Part shown: positions 31,642-44,571 of the stretch, one piece after another
Position numbering within the stretch: position 1 is the first letter of the stretch
Layout of the letters: each line of letters begins with the position of its first letter
Source of the DNA: Oopsacas minuta
Taxonomy: Eukaryota > Animalia > Porifera
DNA: 64,000 nt
NCBI GenBank assembly: GCA_024704765.1
Contig: JAKMXF010000233.1
Location: 186,001-250,000, forward strand
Direction: 5' to 3'
Notes under the pieces: generated by a model
The model's input: the letters and a program-made list of their open reading frames with translations, nothing else
Database searches by the model: none
What the model was told of the DNA's origin: nothing
Translations under genes and position numbers: made by a program

Positions 31642-33282
31642 CTGAATCATTTTTACAATAATTTATGTACAAAATTCTGTTTTTTGATATAAATCTTTCT
31701 ATTTATACTGCCCCAATCCTTACTACTCTCAGGATTCGCCTGAAGGTTCAAAGCAATGGCTTACATACTGCTATGGGATTGCATTGATTTAGTTGGGCTC
31801 TGATGGTTTAATGAGTAAGCTAAATGATTAATGTATTGTGCATAAGACTTCTGTGTGTATAAGCTGTAGGGATTAGAATTATTATAGACATAATCTTGGA
31901 ATATTTCATACAAATATGCTCAGTACTGTATGTGGGAAACGTGGAAATTTCACCGTTGGAGATTGGATAAATTGAATTTCCAGAGATAGTTTTGCAGGAA
32001 GGATTCAGATCCAGCCCATAAGGACGATACAAATTATCACAAACGTCCTCTAGGCATATGATTTTTGACGATATTATATTTAGGAGCGTAAAAATTGTCA
32101 ATCTTTCCCTATGCCATGATCACGCTATTTACTGCACTGATTTAGGTATATAAGAATTTGAGAGGAGGACGTCTCCGTGTTATATTTATATTAAATGAGA
32201 TGTCTCGAACCACTCCCAGAAATTTCAATATTTTGGTAATTTAATAATTTTTAATATAATGGCGAATTATAACTTAATTCATTAAACTACAAATTTCCAA
32301 ATTGTCAATATTCCAAAAATCTAGAAAATGTAAAATTATTTATGAAGATACGTACATAGAAATTAATACAGTAGAACCTCCTACAATGGACAAATTTTGG
32401 ACAGGACTGTTGTCCTTTGCTTTGTAAAGAGGTTGTTCGCATATCGGTAATTGCTTACTTATTACTTTAATGATAAAATCAAAAGAGTGCGAATCAAGTC
32501 TCTTGTGTCCATTTTGGGAGCTTACACTGTAATTATTAATATTTATACCTGTTTAGCTGGTTCAGAAGTATCAATAAACAAACAAACAAACAAATAAACA
32601 AAATATACGGCATATCATTTTATAGCCGAATGAGTTTTGTTATTGCATATATTATGGTGAATCAATAATATGTAAATTGAGTACCCAAACAAATAAACAT
32701 TGTGATTAGCATGTATCATGTTTGAGTTTGGATGAATACTGATTCCTGAATTTAGTGATTTCCTCCTTTTAAAGCTAACAATACAATTTTTGTCGTGTTT
32801 CTGAAAATTGCAAATTGGTATATTTAGCATAATTAAAATATTTACTGCTTTCTGGTGCATCCTAACAAGCTTCTTACATAACTTAATTTAGAGAGGCTGT
32901 ATAGCAATTTTTCTTTCCTATTCAAATAATTAGGAAACTTCCTCTATACTGTAATGATTAAAAACTAGATGGATTGCTCAAAACACTTTCCATAATTGAT
33001 ACTAGAGTGGGACCTGTAAAATCTGGAAGACCTCTATAATCAGACTCAATTTTCATATCCCAACGAGTGTCGGTTTATGCAGGTTCTACTGTACTAACAA
33101 CATACTTGCTGTATGGCCCCGAGCCTAGCTGGTATCCTTATGGGAAAATATAGCCAACAGGTAACTGGTAGCGTTCCAAACTGCTTAGCCTAATTTAGAC
33201 GCTACCGCTGCAATACTTAATAGTGAATAAAGAATAAAATACGATTAAATAATTAGACATAGCAATTCAACTCCTAATTATA

Positions 33283-34125
33283 TCACTTATTCTTCCCGCT
33301 TACTCTCTCATACCTCTCATGAGCAGATTCAGTCGACAGAAGTACCCTGTGGTTTTGAAACTGTTGAGAAGACAAAAAGCGTGCATCAGTCCCTAATAAT
33401 CTGTCTAGAATCTCAAAATTACCGAAATTCCCCACAAAGCTATAATGATGGAAATCATGCCACTCATTCGAGAAAACAAATGGTAAATGGTATCCCGTAT
33501 GGTGTATAATACTAATATACTGCGCTAGCAATACCCATAAGATTATCACAAATATATGTCCGCCGAGTATAAGTGGTCCAAGAATTGTACTCAAGGAATT
33601 GCACAGTAAGTGTTCTAATGGATGTGAATGTAAACTGGCAGCTGTACAAGGAGAAGTCCATTCGTGATGTATTTTGTGTATGTGCTTGTATAAGAAAGGA
33701 GTGTGTAGTAGACGATGTGAAATGTGAAACCAGATTTCCTGGAATGCTATGTACCCGAGGACAAGTAAAGAACTTTCTAGAAAACCTGGCAAAACTGGGC
33801 TAGCCGAAATACCTCGCATAGCGGCAAGCGTGGAGAATTGAATTGATGCACATAGAGTAACTACTAATTGGTTGAAAAGGCCGTAAGCTATTGCACGCTT
33901 AAATTTATCCACATCAATAGGCAGTTTCTTGTTTCGTTGTATCTTGTGTTTGGCGATAAAATGAGGCTGGCCTGTTAAGTCGACGTAACTGAAAAATGCG
34001 ACAAACAACCAGTAAAAGCAATTAATACATATCCATGGGAAGATGGAGAATATTATGAAATTGTTGTGATTGCATAGGTCTAGGATTAGCGTCCAGAGAC
34101 GAGAAGTGTAAGACAATGATTCCAT
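33283..34125 (-). CDS. FAXDC2: Fatty acid hydroxylase/sterol desaturase superfamily protein, intronless
   Basis: His boxes HRLLH, HKIHH, IHHTGY, HDFHH; HPLEH; terminal LDRLLGTD. Confidence 0.85.
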   Translation of the reverse strand: MESLSYTSRLWTLILDLCNHNNFIIFSIFPWICINCFYWLFVAFFSYVDLTGQPHFIAKHKIQRNKKLPIDVDKFKRAIAYGLFNQLVVTLCASIQFSTLAAMRGISASPVLPGFLESSLLVLGYIAFQEIWFHISHRLLHTPFLYKHIHKIHHEWTSPCTAASLHSHPLEHLLCNSLSTILGPLILGGHIFVIILWVLLAQYISIIHHTGYHLPFVFSNEWHDFHHYSFVGNFGNFEILDRLLGTDARFLSSQQFQNHRVLLSTESAHERYERVSGKNK

Positions 34126-34567
34126 TCACTCTGTATAATAAGTATAATAACTACATCACTTGTCTATATCTACTATTAATACTAGGACAAGAAAGCTATC
34201 CTCTAAGCATATCCTCGTAACACTAAGATCAACTTACCACTAACAATGAACACATTCATATATATGGACAGAATGGGCAGAACATCATTTGAAATAGTGA
34301 TACGACTTGACTTTTGTAGATTTTTTATCGCTCTAATATGCGTAAATACTAAACAATTTGCCAACAGTCCCTATTTAAAAATAATTTTTGAAGGTCAATA
34401 CGTCATATTTTGCTAAGTGTTGCAAAATATTATTCGCGTTTTTAGCTATTATAACCGATAATTATGAACTCCTGATATTCTCTAACTAATTCAGTATTCA
34501 TACATTCAAAATCACAGATTTCTTGTATTAATCACGAAATTTATATCAATTAACATACAAATCTAAA

Positions 34568-37500
34568 ATGTCAATATCTCTAGCTGCGCCTCTATCCTCT
34601 CCCTCCTCTGCTATAATTGAGAAGTCATCCGCCAGTGGAGAGGGATATGACAAGATTGAGGACAGTGTTAATCTCCAGCACCTCATGAAGCTTATGTCGA
34701 TATTTCAGGTAAAATGTTTATTGTATTCTCTCCTTAAATTCAACTATAGTAGACCCTCACTAATTCGAACAGGGACAAACATTGGAAAATGTTCTAAAAT
34801 CCAATTCTACTACGGTCAAACACATAATATTATATTACACATCTTGGCAGCCATTTATCATTTGTACAACTTTCGGAAAAATGTACTCTTTGAATCTTTC
34901 ACTTATCCAAACGAATTATTTTGCAATAATTGGAACAGTGCTGTTCAGATTAGTGAGGCGTATTGTATTTCCTCTCAGGTATAATCGATAATTAGCATCC
35001 CATTGCCCGAGTGCTTCTGTATCGCCGGTACTTTTCTATAGGAAGCTATACAGTTTCCAACCATAGAGACAACTAATTTTTTGTTGATGTTTACTTTATT
35101 ATCTTTGTACCAACAAACCAACACATTCTGCGATAAATTACCTCTAAAATGGTTTCGTATATGAAAGAATCCTTGTTTATGTTTGTTGTTAATAAAAATG
35201 CATATGTTGTAATTATATTTGTGTCGGGTAATTAAGAGATAATTTATACGAGAGAATCCATATGTTTATTCGATTTGTCTGCTTCATAGAGTGCGGATGA
35301 GAATGGAAGTGATGGATTGGACTTAGGAGAGTTTCAACACGCGTTTAAAGAGATTCTTGGTACAAACAAGTCAGATAAACAGGTATATATCGGGTGATAT
35401 GTCGAGTTTACTGTCGTCAATTACCGTTGTATCGAAAGCTCAAGGGATCGTGATAATTACTTCCATATAAGTGTAGTTTGATATGACCGATAAAATATAT
35501 GATACTTTGACGGTTTGGAACCATATTTGTACAACTTCAGACTTTGATCAGCTGGTTTCGATATATTCGTGTTTGACATGAGCTTATATTAATTCATAAA
35601 TTCTATTTACTAAAATAGTGTCATTTTTGTTAAATATCTAATACACTGGCTTTAATAATAATTTTTATATTTCAATAATTCATGTTTTTCATTATTTATT
35701 GGAAATTATTTACCACTTCTGATCATTATTCCATATTATTAATTTTCTCCAGCTTAAGTCTATGTTCATGAAAGTTGATACTAATAGTGATGGAACAGTT
35801 GATTGGGTTAGAATGAATTGATTATCATATACTAATAGTTTAACATATTTTAAGAATATTTTCTATTTCTCGTATAGGACGAGTTCTGTACTTACATGTT
35901 GTTAGAATACCAAGAGAAGGATAGCATGAATAACTCTGAAGGAGAAGTGAGATATATTCTTATATACAGTGGAGTTCGCATATTAGCAAGTCGTACAGTG
36001 CAACATCTATAAGCGGGGAGTGGTGAATGGGGCATACTTTAGAGATACTTTCCCTCACATCATTGAAATTTACCTCTATAATTGGGGAATTCTACGGAAT
36101 CTTTTCTTGAATAATCAATTTTTGTGCTAAATTTGGAAAAACCGGGTATTTTGGGTTTCTCAGAAGAAAATTTCTTACAAATTTGTATATTCAACCAAAA
36201 ACCTTAGGGCATTATGGAGGTTTATCAGGAGATTCGCCGGCGCGACTTCCCCCACCTATAAATGTTCTACTGTATATTGCACGAATTTCCCTTGCTATTA
36301 GAGGAATTATTTCCAATACAAAATGGCGAACACCACTGTACTTGCATAGTAACTACGTAGTAATTTCACTGATATATATCTATTTAGTTAACATTTGTAT
36401 TATGTAGATGCCATTTATGAACACAATTAGAAAGGTATCGCACAGGCAAGTGTCCTAGCTCAACTATCAGTCTTCTATAAGCTGTTACAATAGAATTTGT
36501 AAGGTTAACTTATAAATAACAACAAAAGGTATAGGAAATGCTGTATCCTAGAATTGTAGCTTTATGACCCTGATAGTGGCTGGGATTACGTCATTTATAG
36601 CGTAACCTCCACAGACGCCGAAATTTTACCTCGTTTCTGCCAAATTCGCAGTTTGTGGAGGTTGATTTGTATGGGGTTAGGAATTCGCTCTATAATTATT
36701 TTTCAGTCCGTTTCCATTTGTGAAGATTTTACTTTATATGTATTTTAGTCCACACAGAGACATTCTAAGTAGAATAAGCTTCTACCATCACGAGACCCCG
36801 AGGTATCAAGATTCAAGTACAAGTGTATGTAATGCTTCTCCTTGTGATGGTAGATTCATAACTTACTCTAAGGAAGGAGCTGTAGCATTATGGGATACGA
36901 AAATGAGTTTACTCAAATCATACCACGTGAGTTAGTTCAGATAATCGCAAAAATACATACTATTAACACTTCCATTATTTTCCCTGCAAAAATCACCAAA
37001 TTTCTTTGAGACTTCAATCACTCTAAATTTATAAGCTCTATTTACACAGATAGATACATCTCGGTTGAAACAGCTTTGGGTATTAGATGCTATATACATG
37101 CAGAATACTGGAAAGGTTATAACAGCTACTACAGACGGAGAAATAAGTAATGTAAACCAGAATTATTTTGCTATTAGAATTATTTTTTATCTTTTTAGAT
37201 TTCTATGAACTCGGTTCACCTTCTTGCGAGAGACATATTCGTATTTCTGGTCTACCCTTTAATCCAATCACTATTGATTATTGGTTAGTTACTTGTATTA
37301 CAGCCAACTCCAGTTATATTGAACACGAATATATAGAAATACCCGCTTATATCGAGGTATAAGATTGTACAAATATGAAAATAGGGAATTTTAAGTTTAA
37401 TCTATATTATTAAGTCTCAATTGTTGTTTGTCCGTTGAATACCTCGAGGCGCAATGTGACGAGCCAAAGGCTCGTAAACTTGTGTAATGGCATTGTTTGA

Positions 37501-40500
37501 CTGATTACTCTTTCGGTAAATTAGGTGCGATGCTCCATCCGGTAACACTGGTGTACTTATATTTGGAGATGCTGATGGAGGTGTAGGGACGATATGTTTC
37601 AGTAATTTACAGAGTAGTATATTCGGTCTACAAACTGGAAATAAGCAAGGTTTGTCAATTTTACTTTAAACTAAGAGCTCGGCTATGCAATATATTTTAT
37701 TATATTTTTGTAGTTTGCTATCATAAACTGAATTGGTATGACTTGTTGATGTGCAAGTATGATGATTGTGTAGTGCAGTACTCTGAAAAGGTATTATTTG
37801 TTAACTTCTGGAAACAAATTAGAAATTTACAGCGAAACTGGCCAGACAATGGCCGTACCAATTATCCTGGAGTCTACATTGAATGTATGGAATTTATCGG
37901 ATCACTCATGGCGTATCTATGGAAATGCCGTAACACTATCATTTTGCATCACCGCACCGTGCCTGTATTACCCTCTTTCTATTTTTCCCATACTATAAAA
38001 TATTTTGAAGTCCAACAATTGCATAATTGAGCAGCAAATTCTCGAGAAAATTTACATTTTGACGTTTCATTTTGGGTTGAATCTTTCGCTCTGAATAAAT
38101 CGCTAAAACCATGGAATCAAGTGATCATCTGGTTATTTATTATTTTAATTGCTTTAGCTTCACAGAGAGTGGACAAGGAAAGTCCAATACTGTGCTAATC
38201 TTAACTGTTTTGTATCTTGCAGTACAAACACGAATACAGCCTTAATTCTATGTGACGTAGACAGACGTCGTAAGACTAATGTATTCAAGGTTAATAAAGG
38301 AGTTAATTCGTTTGAATATTCATCACAATGGAATGTTATAGTTACCGGAGGATTAGATAGACTGCTGAGAATGTGGAATCCTTACGTCACGACTACACCA
38401 ACTGCTGTAATACTTTATTTCATAATTATATAATTTCGTCAGCTGTAATCAAAAAATATACAAAAGGCGAGACAATTAAGGTTTTTCACAAGTCTTGGCG
38501 GGACAGTTGGCAAGTATGGAACACTTCGTATCAGCCTAAAAATCATTGAGTCTTAATACAGTAGAATTTGCTTATTAGCAACTGTTATAGAAGCAAAACC
38601 CAGTTGCTAATAAGCCATCTCCATGGTATAAGAATTTGGTTGAAACAGCAAATTTGCACCAATTTGTACTACTTTTTTGGTTGAAGAATTTTGAATTATA
38701 ATCTGCTAATCAGCTGGTGTGAGACATTTATTTATCCGCTATTCCATATGAATTCCTTTGTTTAATTTCCAGTTTCTACGTGGACACGAATCTGCAATTC
38801 TCCACCTTGTCATAAACAATACAGACGGTCAGATAGTGAGTTTATCTAAAGACAGTTTAATCAAAGTATGGGATATACAGAATCATGGCTGTATACAGAC
38901 AATAAACTGTCAGAAGGGTGCCGATCCAGCACTACACCCCCCTACAGCTCTATGTCTACACGACAAGAAACATGTCTTATTGCTTGGAGCTTACCAGTTA
39001 CTTAAGCTTGAAAATGAAGAGAAATCTCCTAACGCATTTTCTGAGGCTGTTACTCATCATAGTCCATTATGTACTGCTCTGTATAATGAGAATTTTAATC
39101 AGGTTGTTAATAAGAGTATGTTATAGAGAACAAGTATAAGTAGTTGAGGCAAATATCGAATCGTTAGACGTTTTATGAATGTTTACTGACAGTTTTAGAT
39201 CAAATTATAGTTAATTCGATAGCTCAAGGACCCGTGATGATTACTTCGATATAATTGATGAAGTTATGTGACTTTAACTCCATATTTGTACAATTTCAAA
39301 CTTCTATAAAGCGGCTATTTAGATATATCCGAGCGTGTTTGATATAACGGGGAGTTGACTATACTCTCCCTCTTCCAGCTATAATTACGTTGCAGAACTT
39401 GTACTGTCTCTGCTTAGATTTCGGGTCATATACACGTCTGGGTCTCGAAATTGTATTCTTTATTTGAAGTGGGTATTAAGCGAATTGTTGTTCATTGAAA
39501 AATATACCGATATACAGTCATATCAGCTCCCATTATATAACACATATATTTCGGAATACCTGGTTTAATTGAATAAATTTCTGCAGTACCTTGAGTTTTA
39601 ACATGGATCGCGGGAGTTGATAGTAGTAGACAATTCGTACTCCTTCGTATTATTAACAATATTCTACTGTTTACAGATAGTTTGTGGATGTATGGGGTCA
39701 GTGATTAGTGTCTGGGATGTAGAGACTGGAGAAAAGGTAATCCAATACTCTAAAGTACATGGAGATAGAGAGATAACTTCTATGACGTTTGATCCTTCTG
39801 GTAGAAGGCTGTTAACTGGGGGAAGAGATGGAAAAGTTAAGATTTGGAACTTCAATAATGGAGCTTGTCTCTCTGAAATTGATATGGGGGATACTTCGGA
39901 GGTATCTAAGGTTATATGTAATTTTTTTGTTTTCTGATTTGTAATTTTACAACAAAGCAGTAGCACTACATGCATCGAATACTGAAAATTTTCAAAGAAT
40001 ATTTTATATTTTTAGATAACTTCTCTCTTAATGATTGGAGACAAAATAGTGACTGCTGGTTGGAACAGAAAGTTGGGATGTATCAGGTTAGGATTATTAT
40101 ATATATATCAACTCCCCGTTATATCGAGCACGGACATATCGAGATCCCCGGTTACATCATTGTCTGACATTGTTCAAATATGGTCCCAAACCGTCAGAGT
40201 TACATATATTCATCGGTTATATCGAACTCCGATTCTATCGATGTAATTATCACGGTCTCTTGAGCTTTGATATAACTGAGGTTGACTGTATTTTCTACTG
40301 AGATATTTCTCTATAGAGATAATAAAGTAACAAAGAAGACAATAGAACAATTCTTCGGTGTAGGAGTACATCAAGAAGATATTCTATGTTCTGCTCTACT
40401 ACCTCCTAATATAATTGCATCAGGTAGTTATAAAGGAGAGATATTCTTGTGGAATTTAGATGTACAAAAGTTATTGAAAAAACTCTACTCTTCTGCGGGA

Positions 40501-42562
40501 GAAGTTATTGAAGATATGGAAGGTAGGTATGTATTTGAAATACGTGTGAGAACTTCAATATATCATTCAATTGTTAAAATTTGGAAAAAACATGCAAAAA
40601 TATTTAAATTATTTCTTAAAGGTGTTGATGACGCAGCATATGTAAAATTCCTTGAGATTTTTGGAATTTTTTTGTAAATAATGTGAGGACACAATTTTTC
40701 ACTAATTTACAAATGAAAAATTCTTTGAAAATCTCAACTATTCTCGAAAATAGTGACCACAAATACCATACATTACCGTTAAACTACATTTCTAAATCAA
40801 TTCTAGATTCCACAAACACCTCAACTCAGCCCTATCCTACAGACTCCAATATAGATCTTGGAGAGCTATATCAGAGGAAGAAGGAAAGGATCTCTAAATG
40901 GGATGTATTCTCTACTGGTACTGCTTCATTAGGTTATCTCAATGCTGACTATACATACTCTGTAGAAAACGTAAGAAATATAATTAGAGGAATACTAAAC
41001 GTGTGTATAATACCTGAAATTCGCATTTATTAGTCGGAAATAAATGCGAATTTCGGGTATCATATAACGTTTAGAACATCGTACGAATATATTACTCTTG
41101 TATTATTATGTCAAATTCCTACTGCATAGTTGCTATTCCTGACAGCAAGGTCACACACTGACAATAACACCGGTAGTCTGGTATCAGCTGGTGCTAGAGG
41201 GAGGATACAATTCTGGAATATTCCAAATGGAGAACTAATCTCTCAATTTTCTGCTTTCTCAGATGATAACACACAAGAAACAGTCTACGGTCTCACAACT
41301 AATAAGAACAATACAGTATTATATACAGGAGATTCCAGAGGGTATATGAGAGCTTGGAATATAGAAGAATATGGTATTAGGAAGTCTAAGAGCAGGAAGC
41401 AGCCAGTTTGTTTGTTTTCTATTCGTTGTCATTTGGAAGCTATAGTTTCTATTGAGTATATGAGAGATAAGGGATTACTGCTTACTGCTTCTACTGATAG
41501 GAGAGTTAGATTGTGGACAAGTGTAGGAAGATACATAGGTAAGTCGTCATCAACAACATTTGCTGTTTGAAATTTTCACATCGAAGCTCAAGGGGTAATT
41601 CTGTTATAACTAGGAACATGTGGAGAGGAGACTCCATGGAGAATTAACCCCTCTACTGACCTATCAACTCTTCCTAAGAAGATACCTGTAGAGATACAGA
41701 AATGTGGTTCTACTAACACTATAGATACCATGACAGGACCTGTACGGACTAAGTGGAGGTTAGTGGATTCATTGGAGAATATATACAGTGGTGATTGCTT
41801 ATTTGTAGTTCGCATAATATCAAATTCGTGTATTAGGAAGGAAATTTATGCAAAATACGATTTTCTAATATGCGTACTTCACTGTATACGAACGCAGTCT
41901 ATAACGGACAATTAGACGTTATGAAATTACATCCAACTTCCGTTACATCGAAGCTCAAGGGACCGTGATAATTACGCGATATATGCGGAGTCCGATATAA
42001 CCGATGCATTATATGTTGCTTTGACGGTTTGGGACCATATTTGTACATTTTCAGAATCGGTTTAAACGGGTATTTTGATATAATGAGAGTTGACTGTAAG
42101 GTCAAAAATTATATTCTAACCTCTAACAGAATATATAAAAATCTAATGAAAGCTTATATATTCATGGCTGTATCAGGAAGAAAGAAAACAGATCGATTCC
42201 AAGGATTACTAAGCAAGCTAGCTAGTGACAATATAAACGAAGAAGATATGATTCCTATAGAAGAAGACCTTAGCAAACTTCTAGCCAAATTCCTACAGCC
42301 TAAACTACACCGTCCTAGACACAAACAAGGGGTAGTAGTCAAGGCTCAGGATATAGAGCTATCTTCTATATACAGTAAGCTGTATACTCCAGGACTAGAT
42401 GAGAGTGTGTTTCAACCTGTACAATTTGTTGTGAAGAATAAAAGTAAATACAAACAGAGTAATGTTAGTATGAATGAGGATAAGAAACAAACTCAAAATG
42501 ATGTTAAAGATGTTTTTGGAGTTGTTTCTGAGTTGAAACAGCAACTCGATTTATCTGGCTGA
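34568..42562 (+). CDS. WDR49: EF-hand plus WD40 cilia-associated protein (WDR49/CFAP337-like), ~19 exons
   Basis: Phase-consistent exons: 34568-34708, 35290-35382, 35753-35806, 35878-35946, 36408-36445, 36749-36926, ~37049-37147, ~37199-37283, ~37524-37650, ~37713-37790, 38158-38406, ~38773-39102, ~39677-39902, ~40016-40086, ~40316-40522, ~40806-40970, 41130-41538, ~41612-41757, ~42129-42562. Motifs MFMKVDTNSDGTVDWDEFCTYM, MWNPYV, LRGH, LLTGGRDGKVKIWNFNNGAC. The exact family label among WDR49/WDR64/WDR95-like genes is tentative. Confidence 0.78.
35965..36340. mobile_element. Mariner-type MITE (TIR TACAGTGG[A/T]GTTCGC) carrying a nested fragment of another MITE family
   Basis: Paired TIRs at 35965 and 36340. 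The inner segment 35994-36140 is the reverse complement, with mismatches, of 42757-42895. Confidence 0.6.
40105..40290. mobile_element. Tc1/mariner (Tigger/pogo-like) MITE, family A, representative copy
   Basis: TIR ~TACAGTCAACTCCCGTTATATCGAA; internal GACGGTTTGGGACCATATTTGTACA. Other copies or fragments at ~31329-31385, 35390-35580, 37306-37380, 39210-39363, 41928-42098, 47197-47295, 49086-49112. Confidence 0.8.
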
Positions 42563-42981
42563 TAGATCCGTGTTATTATTGTAATCGTATGGTGTATGCA
42601 TTATTGCTATGTACTTGTGAAGATGTATTACATTCTTATTAATTCGATTGTATAATAACACAGTATATAGCAAAATGCAGGTTTATTACACGCTTCCTTA
42701 TATAGCAATGATTTCCAACCTTATCTATAAGTAATTATGGGATATATTATTCCATTTTTTCCAAATTTAGCACAAAAATTGATTATTCAAGAAATTCATC
42801 GTAGAATTCCCCAATTATAGAGGTACATTTCAATGGTGTGAGGCATAAATATCTCTAATGTATGCCCATTCCCCATTTAAATAGGCTGCACTGTACATAC
42901 TATATATATATATCACACACTTATACACAATCTAAGTACGTATTATACAATATTTTTAGACACAAAAAATAAATAAATAAT

Positions 42982-44145
42982 TCAGAATATATTGAATACT
43001 CCCTGGGAACATCCACTTACACAACATATTCTACCATTCTTATCAATAACTACTGCCATAATATCTTTCAATACCTCCAACAGTTCTCCAATTCTATGTA
43101 TCAACACGCCAGTATTAGAGAATATATAAATACACTGATTTGCTGCATCGCTTATTATAATATTATTTTCTCGGTCCAAATCGAAAAAGTATGGATTTGA
43201 GATTTGACTTTTTAGAGATATAATACTTCGAATTAGTTGATAATCCGTTAGGTTATATATATGCATGCAGGGATTATGCGCGTCAAGCACATACACTTCA
43301 TTTGATGTTACTTTGACGTCACGCGGGTCTTTTAACTCTCCCTCGCCTAGAAACGATTTGAATCCTAGGTTTTCAGTTAGAACCTGTACTCGATCATTCT
43401 CTCTCTCACAAACGAATAAATCACCACAACTAGCAGCTATACCCCATGGGGAATTGAACTCTAACTTGCCAACCCCCTTCTTACCTACTTTCTTTAAAAC
43501 TTCTCCAGTTAGACTATGCGCTGTTATATAATTCTTACCCCATTGACAAACCAATACTCTGTTATGAGAGAAGCATATACCAACTGGTCCACCCATTTCC
43601 TGTGAGAATTTGTATAAAAACTTTGTATCAGGATTGAAAACTTGGACACAATAATGACTTCTATCGGATATGTAAATATTCCCGGAATTCGGTTCAATCG
43701 CTAGCCCCCAAGGACTCTTGAATTCACCTAATACAGGGCTGTTCGTTTCGTTTTTCTTGAAACAGCTGATGACCGGATTAGTTTTAGTTTGATAATCAGG
43801 AATAACTGGTTCACGAAGTGCATAATCTGACAACACAGTTGTGTTGGTTACGAACTGACCTATGTTTTGTAGATTGTCATAAACATCTTGGTTTAATTGA
43901 AAACGTATTGTAGTTAATTCAGTCCTTCCATCCTTGTTAACTCCACGTATAGAAATCTCGTTAGATTGATTGGTATTATCTGTAACTTTATATTCTGTTA
44001 ATTGAGAAAGATATTCAGTTTCTAATCGATTGATTAGTTTGGTTTGTTTCTCTATCAAAGAATCTATAGCTGATTCTATTTGCTCACGGATATTAGCACG
44101 AACTGACTCTAATTGTGTGTAGAAGTGGTCAATTGCTGTTGCCAT
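42982..44145 (-). CDS. NHL-repeat beta-propeller protein with N-terminal coiled coil (TRIM71/Brat-like tail, no RING or B-box)
   Basis: Repeats FKSPWGLAI..IYISD, GPVGIC, FNSPWGIA..LFVCERENDRVQV, LKDPRDV, NPYFFDLD..IIISD. Confidence 0.88.
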   Translation of the reverse strand: MATAIDHFYTQLESVRANIREQIESAIDSLIEKQTKLINRLETEYLSQLTEYKVTDNTNQSNEISIRGVNKDGRTELTTIRFQLNQDVYDNLQNIGQFVTNTTVLSDYALREPVIPDYQTKTNPVISCFKKNETNSPVLGEFKSPWGLAIEPNSGNIYISDRSHYCVQVFNPDTKFLYKFSQEMGGPVGICFSHNRVLVCQWGKNYITAHSLTGEVLKKVGKKGVGKLEFNSPWGIAASCGDLFVCERENDRVQVLTENLGFKSFLGEGELKDPRDVKVTSNEVYVLDAHNPCMHIYNLTDYQLIRSIISLKSQISNPYFFDLDRENNIIISDAANQCIYIFSNTGVLIHRIGELLEVLKDIMAVVIDKNGRICCVSGCSQGVFNIF

Positions 44146-44571
44146 GGTGTAATGGTGTGTGCTTTATATTCTATACAAAGAAATATTTTGTTAGTACGTA
44201 TACAAAGATTAAATGGAATTTGAGTATATTTTACAACATATAAATTAGCCTAGAGAACTCTCGTTATATTAGAAACGGATAACAATCGCTAAATTTATAA
44301 ATATCTTATTCTTAGGCTAACAAATGTGGACTTTTGTTCACATGAAGATAGGGGAGAGTAAGCTGTAAGCTAGCACAACCAAAATTTGGTAATTATTATG
44401 AAGATCTATACGGCCTATACGTATATACAGTGGAACCTGCGGATACAAATTCTACTGTACATTCTCAAACAATTTGAAGTGTCCGTTTAGGTTCTATTTG
44501 AGATCACAGATGGAATTTTGCTTTTATATTTTCGCTAGAATTTAATCTCAATTACAAAATTTCATTAAATA

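Noticed and set aside
33158-33210. Hairpin GGTAGCGT...ACGCTACC as a Helitron end or snRNA
   Set aside because: No CTRR terminus at the right spacing and no snRNA signature; it may simply be 3'-flank structure of FAXDC2.
37743-38030. ORFs 37743-38030 and 37798-37998 as WDR49 coding sequence
   Set aside because: The conserved continuation (LHREWTRKVQY...FVSCS) starts at acceptor 38158, in phase with the donor at 37790, so this stretch is intronic.
40616-40760. TTAAAGG-starting Kolobok-like element in a WDR49 intron
   Set aside because: Only one terminus is visible; no paired TIR or TTAA was found.
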